From: Lytechinus pictus
Lineage: Eukaryota
Length of the DNA stretch: 64,000 nucleotides
Direction of reading: 5' to 3'
Assembly (NCBI RefSeq): GCF_037042905.1
Contig: NC_087251.1
Coordinates: forward strand, 6,078,001-6,142,000
Part shown: piece after piece, positions 62,086-64,000 of the stretch
How positions within the stretch are numbered: position 1 is the first letter of the stretch
Layout of the letters: each line of letters opens with the position of its first letter
Made by a program: the position numbers and the translations under genes
The notes under the pieces: model-generated
Seen by the model: the letters and a program-made list of their open reading frames with translations, nothing else
What the model was told of the DNA's origin: nothing
Database searches by the model: none

Positions 62086-64000
62086 GGGTGATTCCATACG
62101 TGTCGTACGGGACATTTGGAGAACATTTGACAGTTTTTCAACAAGAAAAACAACAAATTATTCCAGTAAATAAAGATAATCATCAAGTACTACCGATCTG
62201 TTAGATGGACCAACACTTCATATGACTTGAATTCACTTCATTATTGATAGAGATTGAAAATAGTAATGTGTCGTACGGACGCAGAAAAATGACTTTTTTT
62301 GAAACCGTAAGTTTGTACTCAAAAGTCTGTGAGTTTCACAGAAATTTTTAATAAAAACTAAACTCAAATTGATATTCAATTATCCAAGAACACATATACA
62401 CACAAAAGTTTTCAAAATCAACATTAATGAATAAATAAAGCAAATTATAATTTTTGAGAACAATGTGGCGTACGGGACACTCAAAATGTGTCGTACGGAC
62501 ATCTCTAAATTAAAGCCAAACTTTCTTACTCTATGTCTCTTTAACGTTTTCAATCAATCAATAAGGCTGATGATAATGATATTCCTATCAAACAAAATAT
62601 ATTTACAATGATTGAAAAGACTATTGGCTGAATATTTCTTTCAATATATCACAAACAAAATGCTGTGTCATACGGGACACTTTTGTGTCGTACGGGACAG
62701 CATGTGAAACAATTAGCTTTATATTAATAAAAAAGAAAGCGTTATTCAGGGATATATTTGTTACCTTATTCTGTCAATTATATGTAAATTGGGACCAATC
62801 ATAACTTTTTTCATAATGGAAATGTGCAACGATTCACATCATTTTTTAAGAGCTAAAAAAAAAAAAAAAAGTGGGGTTTTGTGTGAAGTTAAATGACAGG
62901 TTGAGGTAATTGCATATCCGAGTTAGCATGGTTAGTGACATCAGTAATGATCTCCGGTTATACTATTTAAACATTGAATGAATGAAACTGTGTCTGTGTA
63001 GATTATAGGAATAAAATGTTATGATTTTTCATATAAAATCTATAAACATGATATATGTCACGACTGTCCATTTGTAATTCCACAAAAAATCTAAAGAAAA
63101 AAGGCTTTACTATGTTAAAATTTTCTGTATTTCATGGAACCATAGTATTTGTCTTTTTAGCCAACTTTAGAAAAAAAGGAGTTTCGATGTATAAAAAAAA
63201 AAAAAAAAGCAAATGGATAACATGAAAAGGGAGTTTAAAAAAACAGTCAGTATCCTGTGCCTATAGGCCTACAGCAAGGGCATGTTCTTTTAGGTAGATG
63301 TTCCCATCTTCACAGCAAGCTATGTGAATTTTCTGGATCCCGGGAAACTGTGCAGCATTATCCCAGCTTACAATCTCTCGAACCTGTTGCTCAATTTGAG
63401 TTTTGGAGATGTGTATCACTACTGTCTTCTTCAGGAGACGGCAGACTGTGTTTGCAAAGTCTAATGATGACTGAACAACCGATCTTGTGTGCTTCTTACT
63501 CATGACTTCAGCACGAACCGCTGACTTCGCTCGTCCTCCTACCCCATCTACTACTCCTTTGCCATGGCTGGTGGCAAAGTACTTCCACATGAATTTCTTC
63601 TTGTACTTTAAGGAGAGTACCTCTAGTAGCTTCATCATGAACCTGTTCTTGAATTCTGAAGATGGCCCATCTGTCCATATGACCTCTTCACCAGCATCAC
63701 ACTTGTCTGGGATTAGATGTTTCTCATACAAGTGGTGAATGAACACAGCCACTGAATCCTTCGACTTTTCTTTGGAATCGGAACACACAAGAAAGGTCTT
63801 GCACGACCCGTTGTACATCGAAGGTGCTGTAAATAGAGTTACACTGGATCTGCTCCATAATGCGCTCTGAACTTCATCCTGGTATTCGCAAAAGTAGTTC
63901 ATTGCAAAGTCTAGCTGAAGGACACGTTTGGAGGGGTCACATTGGTCTTGATGAAATTTGTTCGCCTGGATACGCTTCAAGTTGACGTGGTGTACCATCT
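62086..64000 (-). mobile_element. DNA transposon (Sola2-like by inference) inside an ACTMAP intron, cut by the window edge
   Basis: Terminus gggtgattccat, with about six subterminal gtgtcgtacgg(g)ac-type repeats in 62099-62700, followed by a transposase ORF. Confidence 0.75.
63261..63998 (-). CDS. DDE/D-type transposase catalytic region (5' part outside the window)
   Basis: Uninterrupted 245-aa frame with LDFAMNY..QDEVQSALW, WTDGPSSEFKNR and YFATSHGKGVVDGVGG motifs. Confidence 0.85.
   Translation of the reverse strand: MVHHVNLKRIQANKFHQDQCDPSKRVLQLDFAMNYFCEYQDEVQSALWSRSSVTLFTAPSMYNGSCKTFLVCSDSKEKSKDSVAVFIHHLYEKHLIPDKCDAGEEVIWTDGPSSEFKNRFMMKLLEVLSLKYKKKFMWKYFATSHGKGVVDGVGGRAKSAVRAEVMSKKHTRSVVQSSLDFANTVCRLLKKTVVIHISKTQIEQQVREIVSWDNAAQFPGIQKIHIACCEDGNIYLKEHALAVGL

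Overview
AT-rich, intron-rich, repeat-dense animal genomic DNA. The repeat repertoire suggests an echinoderm such as a sea urchin; that is inference only. By manual splicing I can reconstruct four protein-coding genes. (1) The last coding exon of a Gly/Arg/Tyr-rich, probably RNA-binding protein (+, 1154-1283). (2) A complete NUDT14-like UDP-sugar diphosphatase (+, 11041-29009) whose final exon occurs as three intact, diverged, same-phase tandem copies. (3) A complete four-coding-exon ERG28 (-, 42615-34732). (4) The 5' part of an ACTMAP/C19orf54 actin maturation protease (+, 46014 onward), head-to-head with ERG28. The rest is nested transposon material: CR1- and L2/Crack-type LINE remnants, an RTE fragment, a decayed Penelope GIY-YIG element and a tRNA-derived SINE. 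It also contains Helentron-like elements with ~156-bp tandem arrays, many MITEs (Kolobok-, hAT-, Harbinger-, pogo- and Academ-like), two multi-kb foldback palindromes, and a Sola2-like transposase running off the right edge. The most interesting observation is the NUDT14 three-way alternative terminal-exon cassette. Gene and transposon family names come from recalled motifs, not database searches. Most short ORFs in the supplied track are spurious.
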